From Pristiophorus japonicus (taxonomy: Eukaryota): 64,000 bases of DNA. Both the position numbers and the translations under genes were made by a program. The notes under the pieces are model-generated. The model worked only from the letters and a program-made list of their open reading frames with translations, had not been told where the DNA came from and made no database searches. The stretch lies in assembly GCF_044704955.1 (NCBI RefSeq), contig NC_091979.1, forward strand, positions 319,114,001 through 319,178,000, given 5' to 3'. Below, piece after piece: positions 9,260 to 21,648 of this stretch (position 1 is the first letter of the stretch; the number at the start of each line of letters is the position of its first letter).

Positions 9260-11869
9260 AAATCTACAACGCAGAAGGAGGCCATTTCGGCCCATCGTGT
9301 CCACACCGGCCGACAAAGAAACATACGGCCCTCAGTCAGCAGCCCTGAAAGTTACATATAAACGTATGAACAATGAACAATGGCAGAAAGGTAAAGAGCA
9401 CCCAGCCCAACCAGTCTGCCCCACACAACTGCGACACCCCTTGCACCGAAACATTCTACACTCCTCCCCAACCGGAGCCATGTGATCTCCTCGGAAAGGC
9501 AAAAAACAGATAAAAACCCAGGTCAATTGGGGAAAAAATATCTCGGAACATTCCTCTCCAACCCATCCAGGTAATCGAAACTCGTCCAGGAGATCACCCT
9601 GGATATATTCGATTCGCTGCAGTACTTACCATCATAGCTGTGCCTGCCAACAACAGGTTATCCAGTCTAATCCCACTTACCAGCTTTAGGTCCATGTAAC
9701 CCTGCAGATTATGGCACTTTAAGTGTCCATCCAAGCACCTTTTAAATGTGTTGAGGGTTTCTACATCCACCACCCTTCCAGGCCCTAAGTTCCAGACCCC
9801 CACAACCCTCTGCTTGAAAAAGCCACCCCTCAAATCCCCTCTGAACCTTCCACCAACCACCTTAAAACTATGCCCCCTCATAATTGAACCCACCACCAAG
9901 GGAAATAGGTCCTTGCTATCCACTATATCCAGACCCCTCAAAATTTTGGACACCTCAATGAGGTCTCCTCTCAACATCCTCTGTTCCAATGAGAACAAAC
10001 CCAGCCTATCCAATGATGTGGTATATTTGGACTTTCAGAAGGCTTTCGACAAGGTCCCACACAAGAGATTAATGTGCAAAGTTAAAGCACATGGGATTGG
10101 GGGTAGTGTGCTGACGTGGATTGAGAACTGGTTGTCAGACAGGAAGCAAAGAGTAGGAGTAAATGGGTACTTTTCAGAATGGCAGGCAGTGACTAGTGGG
10201 GTACCACAAGGTTCTGTGCTGGGGCCCCAGCTGTTTACATTGTACATTAATGATTTAGATGAGGGGATTAAATGTAGTATCTCCAAATTTGCGGATGACA
10301 CTAAGTTGGGTGGCAGTGTGAGCTGCGAGGAGGATGCTATGAGGCTGCAGAGTGACTTGGATAGGTTAGGTGAGTGGGCAAATGAATGGCAGATGAAGTA
10401 TAATGTGGATAAATGTGAGGTTATCCACTTTGGTGGTAAAAACAGAGAGACAGACTATTATCTGAATGGTGACAGATTAGTAAAAGGGAAGGTGCAACGA
10501 GACCTGGGTGTCATGGTACATCAGTCATTGAAGGTTGGCATGCAGGTACAGCAGGCGGTTAAGAAAGCAAATGGCATGTTGGCCTTCATAGCGAGGGGAT
10601 TTGTGTACAGGGGCTGGGAGGTGTTGCTACAGTTGTACAGGGCCTTGGTGAGGCCACACCTGGAGTATTGTGTACAGTTTTGGTCTCCTAACTTGAGGAA
10701 GGACATTCTTGCTATTGAGAGAGTGCAGCGAAGATTCACCAGACTGATTCCCGGGATGGTGGGACTGACCTATCAAGAAAGACTGGATCAACTGGGCTTG
10801 TATTCACTGGAGTTCAGAAGAATGAGAGGGGACCTCATAGAAACGTTTAAAATTCTGACGGGTTTAGACAGGTTAGATGCAGGAAGAATGTTCCCAATGT
10901 TGGGGAAGTCACAGTCTAAGGATAAGGGGTAAGCCATTTAGGACCGAGATGAGGAGAAACTTCTTCACCCAGAGAGTGGTGAACCTGTGGAATTCTCTAC
11001 CACAGAAAGTAGTTGAGGCCAAATCACTAAATATATTCAAAAGGGAGTTAGATGAAGTCCTTACTACTCGGGGGATCAAGGGGTATGGCGAGAAAGCAGG
11101 AAGGGGGTACTGAAGTTTCATGTTCAGCCATGAACTGATTGAATGATGGTGCAGGCGAGAGGGGCTGAATGGCCTGATCCTGCATCTATTTTCTATGTTT
11201 CTATGTTTCTATCCTCATAGCTAAGTTTCTCCATTCCAGGCAGCATCCTAGCAAATGTCCTCTGCACCCTCTCTATTGCAATCACGTCCTTTCTATAATA
11301 TGGCGACCAGAACTGCACGCAGTACTCCAGCTGTGGCCTAACCAAAGTATTATACATTTTAAGCATAACCTCCCTGCTCTTGTATTATGTGCCTCAGCCA
11401 AGAAAGGCAACCATTCCGTATGCCTTCTTCACCACCTTATCCACCTGGCCTGCTACTTTCAGGGATCTGTGGACAAGCACTCCAAGATCCCTTTATTCAT
11501 CTACACTTTTACCGGTTAATGTGTATACCCTTTCCTTATTAGCCCTCTCAAAGTGCATTACCTCATACTTATCCAAATTAAATTCCATTTGCCACTGCTC
11601 TGCCCACCTGACCATTAGATTGATATCCTCCTGCAGTCCATGACTTTCTGCTTCATTAACGACCACACAGCCAATTTTGGTGTCACCTGCAAACTTCTTA
11701 ATCATACTCCCGATAATCAAATCTAGATCATTGATGTATACCACAAAAAGCAAGGAACCCAGTACTGAGCCCTGCGGACCCCACTGGAAACATCCTTCCA
11801 GTCACAAAAACATCCATTTACCATTACCCTTTGCTTCTTACCGCTGAACCAATTTTGGATCCAACTAGC
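9260..11869 (-). mobile_element. CR1 LINE (copy A), 5'-truncated, split by nested copy B
   Basis: ORFs 9594-10013, 11493-11753 and 11723-11932 encode the RT C-terminus (DRLGLFSLEQRMLRGDLIEV; YINDLD...KFAGDTK); sequence resumes after copy B at ~11212. Confidence 0.9.
10015..11211 (+). mobile_element. CR1 LINE (copy B), young subfamily, nested in copy A
   Basis: DVVYLDFQKAFDKVPH...GVPQGSVLGP...KFADDTKL; (TTCTATGT)n tail. Confidence 0.95.
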
Positions 11870-11872
11870 ATG

Positions 11873-12975
11873 TTGGCATGGATAGAGGATTGGCTGACGA
11901 ACAAAAACAGAGAGTCGGGATAAATGGGTCATTTTCTGGTTGGCAAACAGTGACGAGTGGGGTGCCGCAGGGATCGTTGCTGCGGCCTCAAGTATTTACA
12001 ATCTATATTAATGACTTGGATGAAGGGACCGAGTGTAATGTAGCCAAGTTTGCTGATGATACAAAGATGGGTGGGAAAGCAAATAGTGAGGAGGACACAA
12101 AAAATCTGCAAAGGGATATAGACAGGCTAAGTGAGTGGGCAAACATTTGGCAGATATAGTATAATGTGGGAAAATGTGAGGTTATCCACTTTGGCAGAAA
12201 AAATAGAAAAGCAAATTATAATTTAAATGAAAAAAAATTGCAAAGTGCTGCTGTACAGAGGGAACTGGGGGTCCTTGTGCATGAAACACACAAAGTTAGT
12301 ATGCAAGTAATCAGGAAGGCAAATGGAATGTTGGCCTTTATTGCAAGGGGGATAGAGTATAAAAGCAGCAAAGTCCTGCTACAACTGTACAGGATATTGG
12401 TGAGGCCAACCTATCGAGTACTGCGTACAATTTTGGCTTCCATATTTAAGAAAGGATATACTTGCATTGGAGGCTGTTCAGAGAAGGTTCACTTGGTTGA
12501 TTCCGCAGTTGAGGGGGTTGACTTATGGAGGTAGGTTGAGTAAGTTGGGCCAATACTCATTGGAGTTCAGAAGAATGAGAGGTATCTTATCGAAAAATAA
12601 GATAATGAGGGGGCTTGACAAGGTGGATGCAGAAAGGATATTTCCACTCATCGGGGAAACTAAAACTAGGGCACATAGTCTCAGAATAAGGGGCCACCCA
12701 TTTAAAACTGAGTTGAGGAGGAATTTCTTCTCTCAGAGGGTTGTAAATCTATGGAATTCTCTGCCCCAGAGCACTGTGGAGGCTGGGTCATTGAATATAT
12801 TTAAGGAAGAGATATACAGATTTTTGAGCGATAAGGGAACAAGGAGTTATGGGGAGCGGTCAGGGATGTGGAGCTGAGTCCATTATCAGATCAGCCTTAA
12901 TATTAAATGGCGGAGCAGGTTCATGGGGCCAGGTGGCCTACTCCTGCTCCTATTTCTTATGTTCTTATGTTATTA
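11873..12975 (+). mobile_element. CR1 LINE (copy C), 5'-truncated
   Basis: GVPQGS...KFADDTKMGG; (TTCTTATG)n tail. Confidence 0.93.
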
Positions 12976-14565
12976 TGTCCTGATAAACAGCAGGCAGTGT
13001 CTTTGCAGTTTGGGTTATTTGAACTGCACTAGAAAGGATCTGAATCAAATGCAATCACCAATTTTCTGGAAGGACTTACAATTGAACAAGGCACAAAAGG
13101 TTGGCAATTGTGTCACGAAAATTTGAGAAAGATTGTATCAAAACAAATTGACAGGAATCCCAGAGACAGCAAGGCCTTTGGTGTTCCTGGGTTACTGCAC
13201 CAGCTGGATGGGGAGAAGTGCGAAGCTATTTAATGCTTTGAAAAGGCCTTGGAGTTTGATTATGACAAAAAATAAGCATTTTTAATAGAAGTACCCAGCC
13301 TTTCACCTGTGGGAAACCTGATTTAAGATAACTGAAATGTCTGAAAAGAAAACTATACTGAGCCATTTATTAGTTTCATTGTTATACATTAGTCAGTTTG
13401 TAAGTCAATAAAGTATGTTTAATATGTAAAACTTTTAAATCATGCCGACTAGTGCCTGGTGCCTAAGACAATTAGTTTAATTTGAAAACCTTCCTCGAAC
13501 GGGTGCAATCGGTGGAAACTCGCCATCCTCGTTATTTCTATCTGTGGGCCGGGCCAGTTTTGTAGATTTTTAAACCAGTGTTAAAGATCACGGAATACTT
13601 GATTTACACTTGATGTAAATCATGCTCGAGTTCCCGTGATCTTTTGCGCTGGTTGAGCAGTTTTCACCGGATTGTGCTGATAAAACTATCACAAATTAGC
13701 AGAGACTCTACCCCAGTGTTTGAAAGATGCTGTGATGCTCTCTGATCAATGAACAAGTTTGGCAGCATACTCATCCGACTTACCTTATTTAATATATACT
13801 GTTAATATTTTTATTCGAAGCAGCCTTTTGCTTCAGTATTTGTGAGTACAGTCCCCACCGATTTCCCCGCTTTGTACGGGATGGTCGGTATCACGCCTGA
13901 ATAAAGATTATGTTCTCTCTCTCCGGGAAATGAGCCGCCCACAGCTCCCTGATTTCCAGCCTCTTCAATGGAAGCGGTTAATTTCTACCGCGTGACTTAT
14001 GGATAAATGATAAAGTAATAGATTAAAATGGTTAAAAAATAATAAAGCTTTATAGTTGCAGAGATAGCTTTTCCCAGCAGAAATGTTAATTTGCTGTAAT
14101 ATCAGAGACTGAGTGTTCAAATAACCAATAAAAATGAACTGTAGTTACGATTTTATTTGTGTCATTGATCTGCGCTAATGCTGACAGCAAGTGTCACTCA
14201 TAGTCCATACTTTGTGATAGTGAACTGTACCAGCTCTGTAAGGAACATTCAGACCAGCCTTTAACACAGGCAGTAAACTGAACAGCTGTTGATTGTGGAG
14301 TGACACATGGACCTTACACTGATAGCTGTAGCCATAATGCTATTAGAGAAAGGTTAGGGAGGAATGGTTGGGAAAGTTCCGTGGAATTGGACAGTGGAAG
14401 AACCTAACATTGGGAGAGGTGCAGATGCCTCACACCATATTTACACCGAATGGAAAATCACCTCCTTGAAACAGCACCAGAAACAGCCTTTCTGTGGAGG
14501 TTTTCTCAGGTCCGTGCAATGCTGGAAACTGAACTTAAGGTATTGGAGATGATACACAGTCACCT

Positions 14566-15245
14566 GAGGGGCTAAACTGGATCGCCCTGAAGACGGGATC
14601 AGAGATCATGAAGCGTGATTAACCCACGCCCGTTGATTGAAATGCAGGCAGCACGCCAACTTGGTGCTGCGCCAACCGGCACCTCTTAAAGGGGTGCTGC
14701 ATTGTGGCTGGAGCAGGTGCTGGGGGTCGTGGTTGAAGAGATTCTGACCTGGGAAAGAGGAAAGGCACAACAGGGGAGCTAGCGGTCTCCAAGTTATTGG
14801 GACGTTGCACTGAAGGCCTTGATGGAGGATGTGGAAAGGAGGCGCGATGTCCTGAATCCACAGGGGGGAAGGCAGCCCTCCAGACACACGGTCAAAAGGA
14901 AGTGGAAGCAGATAGCCGTGGTGGTCAGTGCCCGGAGTCAAGCCCCGAGGACCCGCATACAGTGCCGCAAGAAGTTCAGTGACCTCAAATGAGTGGTCAA
15001 GGTCAGTGAATGCAACCTCAAATGCCATGTCTTCCCAACTGCAACAGGAGCCACACCCACTGCTCAATTCACCACATCCCCATCGCTCACCTCCCAACAA
15101 TCTCTCTCAGTCAGGCTTCATACCTGACATAGCTTCACCTCACCCTCACATACTTCACACTGCCGCAAGCCTCACACTCACATCTCACAGCTTGCACACA
15201 CTGCTAGCTATTCAACCATGACAGCCACATCAGTCAAACAGATTG
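14566..15245 (+). mobile_element. PIF/Harbinger fragment with Myb/SANT-like exon
   Basis: ALKALMEDVERRRDVLNPQGG...KRKWKQIAVVVSARSQAPRTRIQCRKKFSDL followed by GTCAGT donor; TIR-like GGGGCTAAAC at start. Confidence 0.7.
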
Positions 15246-15376
15246 CCCTGGAGTCTGTCTGTATTGAAGGTTAATCTCCAGCACACTGCTGTGAGCAACT
15301 AGGGAGAACATTCACGGGGACATGAAATAAATGGTGTGTTTTTAACATTTTCTTTGAATCCTTTTGTTTATTAGTA

Positions 15377-16068
15377 CAGGTACAACGTCTGAAATCCGCT
15401 GTTGGCGCTCCTCGCCATCGGCCAATCCTCCGCTCCTCACCGCCGGCCAATCCTCCGCTCCTCACCACCGGCCAATCCTCCACTCCTCACCGCCGGCCAA
15501 TCCTCCACTCCTCACCGCCGGCCAATCCTCCGCTCCTCACCACCGACCGATCCTCCGCTCCTCACCGCCGGCCGATCCTCCGCTCCTCACCGCCGGCCAA
15601 TCCTCCGCTCCTCACCGCCGGCCAATCCTCCGCTCCTCACCGCCGGCCGATCCTTCTCTCCTCACCACCGGCCGATCCTCCGCTCCTCGCTGGCCGCCGA
15701 TTCTCCGCTCCTCACCACCGACCGATCCTCCGCTCCTCACCGCCGGCCAATCCTCCGCTCCTCACCGCCGGCCAATCCTCCGCTCCTCACCGCCGGCCAA
15801 TCCTCCGCTCCTCACCACCGGCCGATCCTTCTCTCCTCACCACCGGCCGATCCTCCGCTCCTCGCTGGCCGCCGATTCTCCGCTCCTCACCGCCGGCCGA
15901 TCCTCCGCTCCTCGCCACCGGCAGATCCCCCGCTCCTCGCTGGCCGCCGATTCTCACTGGCCGTGGCCCCCCGGCACTGCCCTCCGTTGCCACCTTGGCC
16001 GCTTCAAAACTGTCCAATTTTCGGACAATTCTGGTTTTGGGAATTCTGGATTCTGGACGTTGTACCTG
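15377..16068. mobile_element. Tc1/mariner (Tigger/pogo-like) MITE carrying a 25-bp minisatellite
   Basis: TIRs CAGGTACAACGTC...GACGTTGTACCTG; TA on the left flank (right flank GA); internal (CCGCCGGCCAATCCTCCGCTCCTCA)n at ~15405-15955. Confidence 0.75.
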
Positions 16069-17077
16069 GAATATAAATATTGGAGGTGGGGAAAAAGGCT
16101 GCTGTCTCACAATAAAAAATCATCCAATCAGGTTCTGGAGTCTGTTCCCTTTCCTATTGGTGGGGGAATGTGTGAGGATGTGCGAGTCCGGTAATCACTG
16201 ATGGGAGCTCAGGGTGGGGCTATTGGAGGTGGGAGGTCATGTGATAAAACATCCAGGAATACGTCCAACCAGAGTTGGCAACACTACTTCAACCATCCCA
16301 GCAGCTTTTTTCATGATAGCTTTGAAATACCATTATATCTTCCTGAGCTGGGTTTTCCTCCAGGAAGGGTTTGTGTCAGAGGTGGGTCAAGCGGGGCTTC
16401 CACCGAACACTCTGACCCACGTCAACCGACCCATTTTCCTGGGTTGGGGCTCATTAGACCCGCAGGGCAGGCTCCCAGCGGGATCTCCGTTACACTTCAA
16501 GGAGCCACCACTGATAGCCAGGGAATGGTGGCATCGCACAGCAACACCAGAGAGAGGAACATCCACCATTAACGGGGGCAGAAACACCCCAAAGATTAGC
16601 AGCGCAATTTTACTTACCGCTTCAGAATGAGCAGCATTTGTACAAACTGAGTGACTGGGGACAGAAGCGAGGGAGAGGTGCCCACTGTTGGGCCTTCTCT
16701 GTCCATAAGGGCGTTCTGCTACTTCCCCAGCCTGTATTATAAATATATCTAGATAGCAATACAAGTTGTTGTTGTATTGCCGGCCCTCACCTGGTGGCCC
16801 GTTTCCCACTCCCTGCCCCCCTCACCCCACCAACATATCAAATGGGGTATGGGGGGACTTTCTGGTGGTGCTCTGAGGAGTGAGGTTCTGGCGGTCGGCT
16901 TCCGCACCCCATTTTCATCCTTCCCCATTTTTGGGTGGTGCAACTGAAGTAAAACCAGACCCTTGTTTCTCACTCAGTGGTGGATGTGTGAGTCGACTGT
17001 TAATTCTACAGTCACCATTTTAATTCTACCAATCTGGAGTTATTAATTTGCAAAAAATAAACTTTAAAAATATAAAG

Positions 17078-17515
17078 GCCTAGAAATTCGTTAGCCCCCG
17101 AAAACGGGCGCGGGGATCGCGATGTGCGATCAACACACGCCAGTTGTGGGGAATGCAAGCAACACACGAACTTCATACTGCCTGCTCATTTCCATGGTTA
17201 TGGCATTCAGCCCAGTGTCGAACGTGCTGCTGAGTGGCTGAATGCTCAGCACGGGACCCAAGGTCGTGCGAGGCTAGTACCACATAAAGCTAGCCTGCAC
17301 TACTTAAAGGCAGTCTACATTTCTGAAAGGGGAGGTGCATTCTGTCTGCAGCAGCTCATTGAACTGGCTGGGGAAGACAGTGAGAGGAGGAGAAAAGAAA
17401 AATCATGTCACAACAGCGAAGAGAGCGTGTGGCAAGTTTCTCGGATACAGCACTGGAGGCCTTGGTGTAGGGGGTCAACTCGAGGAGAGAGGTGTTGTTT
17501 CCACAGGGAGCCAGG
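17078..17515 (+). mobile_element. Harbinger 5' end fragment
   Basis: TIR-like GGCCTAGAAATTC start; degenerate start of Myb/SANT ORF at ~17410-17510. Confidence 0.5.
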
Positions 17516-17996
17516 AGACATTCATCACCAAATCACATCATGGTCTCTCGCCATACTCCTCTGACACCTCCTCCTTTGAACAGCTCATCTTGTTCCACAT
17601 CTCTGTCATCTCATGTAATTCCTCATTCTCCATCGCCCAGCCAAATACCAAGTAATTTCCACTCAGATATCTTCACAACCTCTTCACCGACTGACTTCTC
17701 ATCTTTGGTGATTTCAAGTACGTCCCAACTCAGCTTTCTCTCTCACCTCTGACTTCACTGCCCTCCTATCCTCCCTTAACCTCTCCCTCCATATAAACTC
17801 CACAACCCATATTCACGGCCACCCACTCGATCTTGCCAGCTCACTTGGCCCATTTTCCACCCTCCGTGAACTTGAATTCATCCAAAACTCTGCTGCCCGT
17901 ACCCCAACTCACACCGTCCCGTTCACCCATCACCCCTTTGCTCACTGACATACATTGGCTCCCAGTCTGGCAACGCCTCAATCTTTAAATTCTCAT
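17516..17996 (+). mobile_element. L2-type LINE, internally deleted copy
   Basis: Endonuclease fragment homologous to 18840-19180 joined directly to the 3' part homologous to 21010-21146. Confidence 0.7.
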
Positions 17997-18339
17997 TTGG
18001 TGAGAAGGCAGATTGCAAAACAGTTTTGTTTAAGAGCGTAAGCTTCTAGTTTCACAATCAGGAAACAAATAATCTGGATAATAGAATAACATACACAGGA
18101 ATTCAGTTGCCAGCTCTGTTCCCCTTTTGTAACTGACTTTGTGGTCCCGATTTTAACTCCTCCCCACCGCCTGGCAAAAACCGACAGGCAGGCAGTTAAA
18201 ATGGAGTGGGGTAATTGCTATGTAACCAGGCCGATGGAACTTGAGTTTCCCTGTGTCCATTCTCGTGAGCATTTTGTCTGCCTCTCCGGACCCGAGCCCA
18301 TCACTTCTACTTGTGCTTTTCACTGACACTTTATTTTAT

Positions 18340-21146
18340 TTCTCTTTACCCTTCATTGATCCCTCACTTCTGTCGACGTGTCTCCTATCATTTCTCCCCT
18401 CTCGGGTACTCGGCCCTCCCAATTCCCTACTCCAATCTGACAGCTCACCTCCACCTTCCTGCACTAATGCTGCCCTCACAGGTTTGACTGCATCTTAGAT
18501 AAGCTTACAGCTGCCCCCTGTGCCTCGCTTGGCACTCTCCGGAGAGCCTAACAAGACACTCAGCATTCTCTCCTTATGAGCAACAACTCAAACTGCCTCA
18601 TCCTATTCTTCGCTGAGCTTACTACTCAGTGTGAGAGCTGGGCATTCACCTTTCCAATCTCCATCCCATCCCACTCACCCCTCCCAAAGCTAACCCTGTG
18701 GATGATTGCTGCGACATCAGGGTCTTGACAGAAACCTGGCTGATGGTTGAAGGTGCCTTCCCCCAAGTGAATCTTTCCCACCAGGCTATACCTTTCACCA
18801 CTGGCCTCACCCAAACGACCGCTGTGGCGGTGTGATACTTATCACCAAATCACACCGAGGTAGTTCTCTGTACTTCTCTGGCATCTTCTCTCCCTTTGAC
18901 CATCCCACTTTGTTCTACCTCTCTCAAATTTAAAATCCTCATTCTCTAATGCCCAGCCAAATACAGAGCCAAATTTCTACCGAGATATCTTCACTGCTTT
19001 CCTCCCTTAGTCTCTGCACCAACTGACTTCTCATCTTCGGTGATTTCAACCTCCATCTTAAATCAACATTCTCTCTCACCTCTGAGTTCATTACCCTCAT
19101 ATCCTCACTTAATCTTTCCCTTCATATAAACTCCCCTACCCATATTCATGGCCATCCCCTCGACCTTGCCTCCTCACTTGGCCTCGCTGTTCCCCCCGTG
19201 TCAATCACAGATAAGGCCATCTCTGATCACTTCCTAGTATTGCTCACAACACACATCCCCCTTTCCCCTCACAACTTCACTTCGTTCTGTGTCTGCCACT
19301 GTAAAAAAAACTCTCCCCAAGTCACTTAACACTGCACTTTCAAATTCTCAACTGCCTCGCATTTGTCCCTCCATTGATCACAACATTTCTTCATTTACTG
19401 ATCTGCTCAATCACTCCCTCACCTCCACCTCTGATGCTCTTGTCCCCATTTAAACCATTAATCTCTTTCACTCTGGTTCTTCTCCCTGGTACGGCCCTCA
19501 TCACTGCTCCCTCAAGCCCAAGGGATGCAGACATGAATTTTTATGGTAAACAAATGGTTTCGCTATTCATTGCCAGCTCTGACTGCAGCATATAAAGTAT
19601 TATCGGGCCCTGCGCTCCTTTGCCAAAAATGCTCACCTTTCCACGATCTTTCTGGAAGGCATTGAAAGCCCCTGGCTTCTATTCTATTGACACACAGTCT
19701 TCCCAAATCCCTCTTCCTGCCTCTTCCACCCTCATCTCCAAAAACAAGTGTGAGGAGGTCATACATTTTTTGGTCACAAACATTGAGACCATCCGTTCAG
19801 CCGCATCACCTGCTTCCGTCTTTTCACCGAGCCCACCAGGTCAAACTTCACCTATGGTTTCCCTCTGCTCTAGCCCTGAACTTGCATATTTCTCCATTTC
19901 TCCCCAATCTCACCTCATGCCCACTCCAAGCTCCCCTTGTCTATTCGACCCACCTCCTGCTCACTCGAACCCCATTGTTACCAAATTGATAACCGCCCAA
20001 CTTCCCTTCCTGGCCCCCATAACAGCAGATATTGTTAAATCTCCTCAAGTACTGTCCCCCAGCCCTTCACATCTGCTTTCATCATCCTTCTCCTCAAAAA
20101 AAATCATTCCTAACACCTCTGTCCCTGCAACCCACTGACCCATCTCCAAAATCCTTTCCTCTCCAATGTCCTTGAATGTGCCATCGCCTCCCAAATCCAT
20201 GCTGATCATTCCCGCAGATCCATGTTTGAAACCCTACAATCAGTTTTCCTCCAGTACTGATTCGAACCTTATCAAAGTCACAAATGACATCCTATGTGTC
20301 TGTGACTGTGTTAAACTAACCCTCTTCATTGTTCTCAACCTGTCTACAGCCTTTGACACGGTTGACCACAACATCACTTGCAACACCTCTCCTCCCTCCT
20401 CCAGCTGGGTGGGTCTGCACTCTCCTGGTTCCATTCTTCTCTATCCAATCATAGTCAGACAATCATCTGCAATGGATTCTCTTCCCACTACCACAGCATT
20501 ACCTCTGGACTCCCCAAGGATCTAGCCCTGGCCCCCTCCTTTACTCTACATCATGCTGCCCCTCGGTGAAATCATCCCACAACACAGCATCAGGTTCCAT
20601 ATCTGTGCTGACAACACCCAGCTCTACCTCACTACCACCTCTCCCGACCCATTCACAGTTTCTAATTGGTCACACTGGTTATCCAAAACTCAGTACTGGA
20701 TGAGCAGAAATTTCTTCCAACTAAATATTGGGAATCTTCACCACAAACTCTGTTCCCAAGCCACTGACTCCATCCCTCTCCCTGGCAACTGTCTGAGGCT
20801 GAACCAGTCCACTCGCAACCTTGGTGTCACATTTGACACCGAGATGAGCTTCCGACCACATGTCAGCTCCATCAGCAAGTCTGCTAACTTCCACCTCAGT
20901 AACGTCACACAACTGCACTCCTGCCTCAGCTCAGCTGCTGCTGGAACCCTCATCCATGCCTTTGTTACCTCTGGCCTTGACTATTCCAATGCTCTCCCGG
21001 CCGGCCTCCCATCTGCCATTCTCCATGAACTTGAATTCTTACAAAATTCTGCTGCCCGTATCCTAACTCACACCGTCCCATTCACCCATCACCCCTTTGC
21101 TCACTGATATACATTGGCTCCCAGCCTGGCAATTTTTAAATTCTCA
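18340..21146 (+). mobile_element. L2-type LINE, degenerate
   Basis: C/T-rich; LIKVTNDIL...LNLSTAFDTVDH; FHICADNTQLY; LIHAFVTSGLDYSNAL...LQNSAARIL. Confidence 0.88.
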
Positions 21147-21648
21147 TTTGGTGAGAAGGCAGATTGCAAAACAGTTATGGTTAGTTTTGTTGAACAGGTT
21201 AAGTTTCTAATTTCTCAATCAGGAAACAAATAATCTGGATAATAGAATAACATACACAACAAATCAGTTGTTGGCTCCGTTACCCCTTTGTAACTGACTT
21301 TGTGGTCCCGATTTTAACTCCCCCCCTACCTGGCGAAAACCGACAGGCAGGCAGTTAAAATGGAGTGGGGTAATTGCTATGTAACCAGGCCGATGGAACT
21401 TGAGTTTCCCTGTGTCCATTCTCGTGAGCATTTTGTCTGCCTCTCCGGACCCGAGCCCATCACTTCTACTTGTGCTTTTCACTGACACTTTATTTATTTT
21501 TGTTTCCCCCTCCTTGATCCCTCACTTCTGTCGACGTGTCTCCTATCATTTCTCCCCTCTCGGGTACTCGGCCCTCCCAATTCCCTACTCCAATCCGACA
21601 GCTCACCTCCACCTTCCTGCACTCATGCTGCCCTCACAGGTTTGACTG

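Larger units (their letters stand above)
8238..13276 (+). pseudogene. IFIT: IFIT-family (IFIT5-like) exon 2 pseudogene, interrupted by CR1 insertions at ~9260-12975
   Basis: Acceptor tttgttctcttacAG at 8236-8237 in phase 2 (IFIT-typical ATG AG|C); hallmark LQCHFTW; TYGNYAWVYYHMG; YGEKGWSLL; AAKFYRREG; FIHHQIGQC. C-terminus resumes at ~12976 (CPDKQQ...SESNAITNFLEGL...DSKAFGV...CFEKALEFD). Several frameshifts and in-frame stops. Confidence 0.93.

Noticed and set aside
8854-9348. Stand-alone 164-aa TPR gene
   Set aside because: Internal fragment of the IFIT pseudogene reading into a CR1
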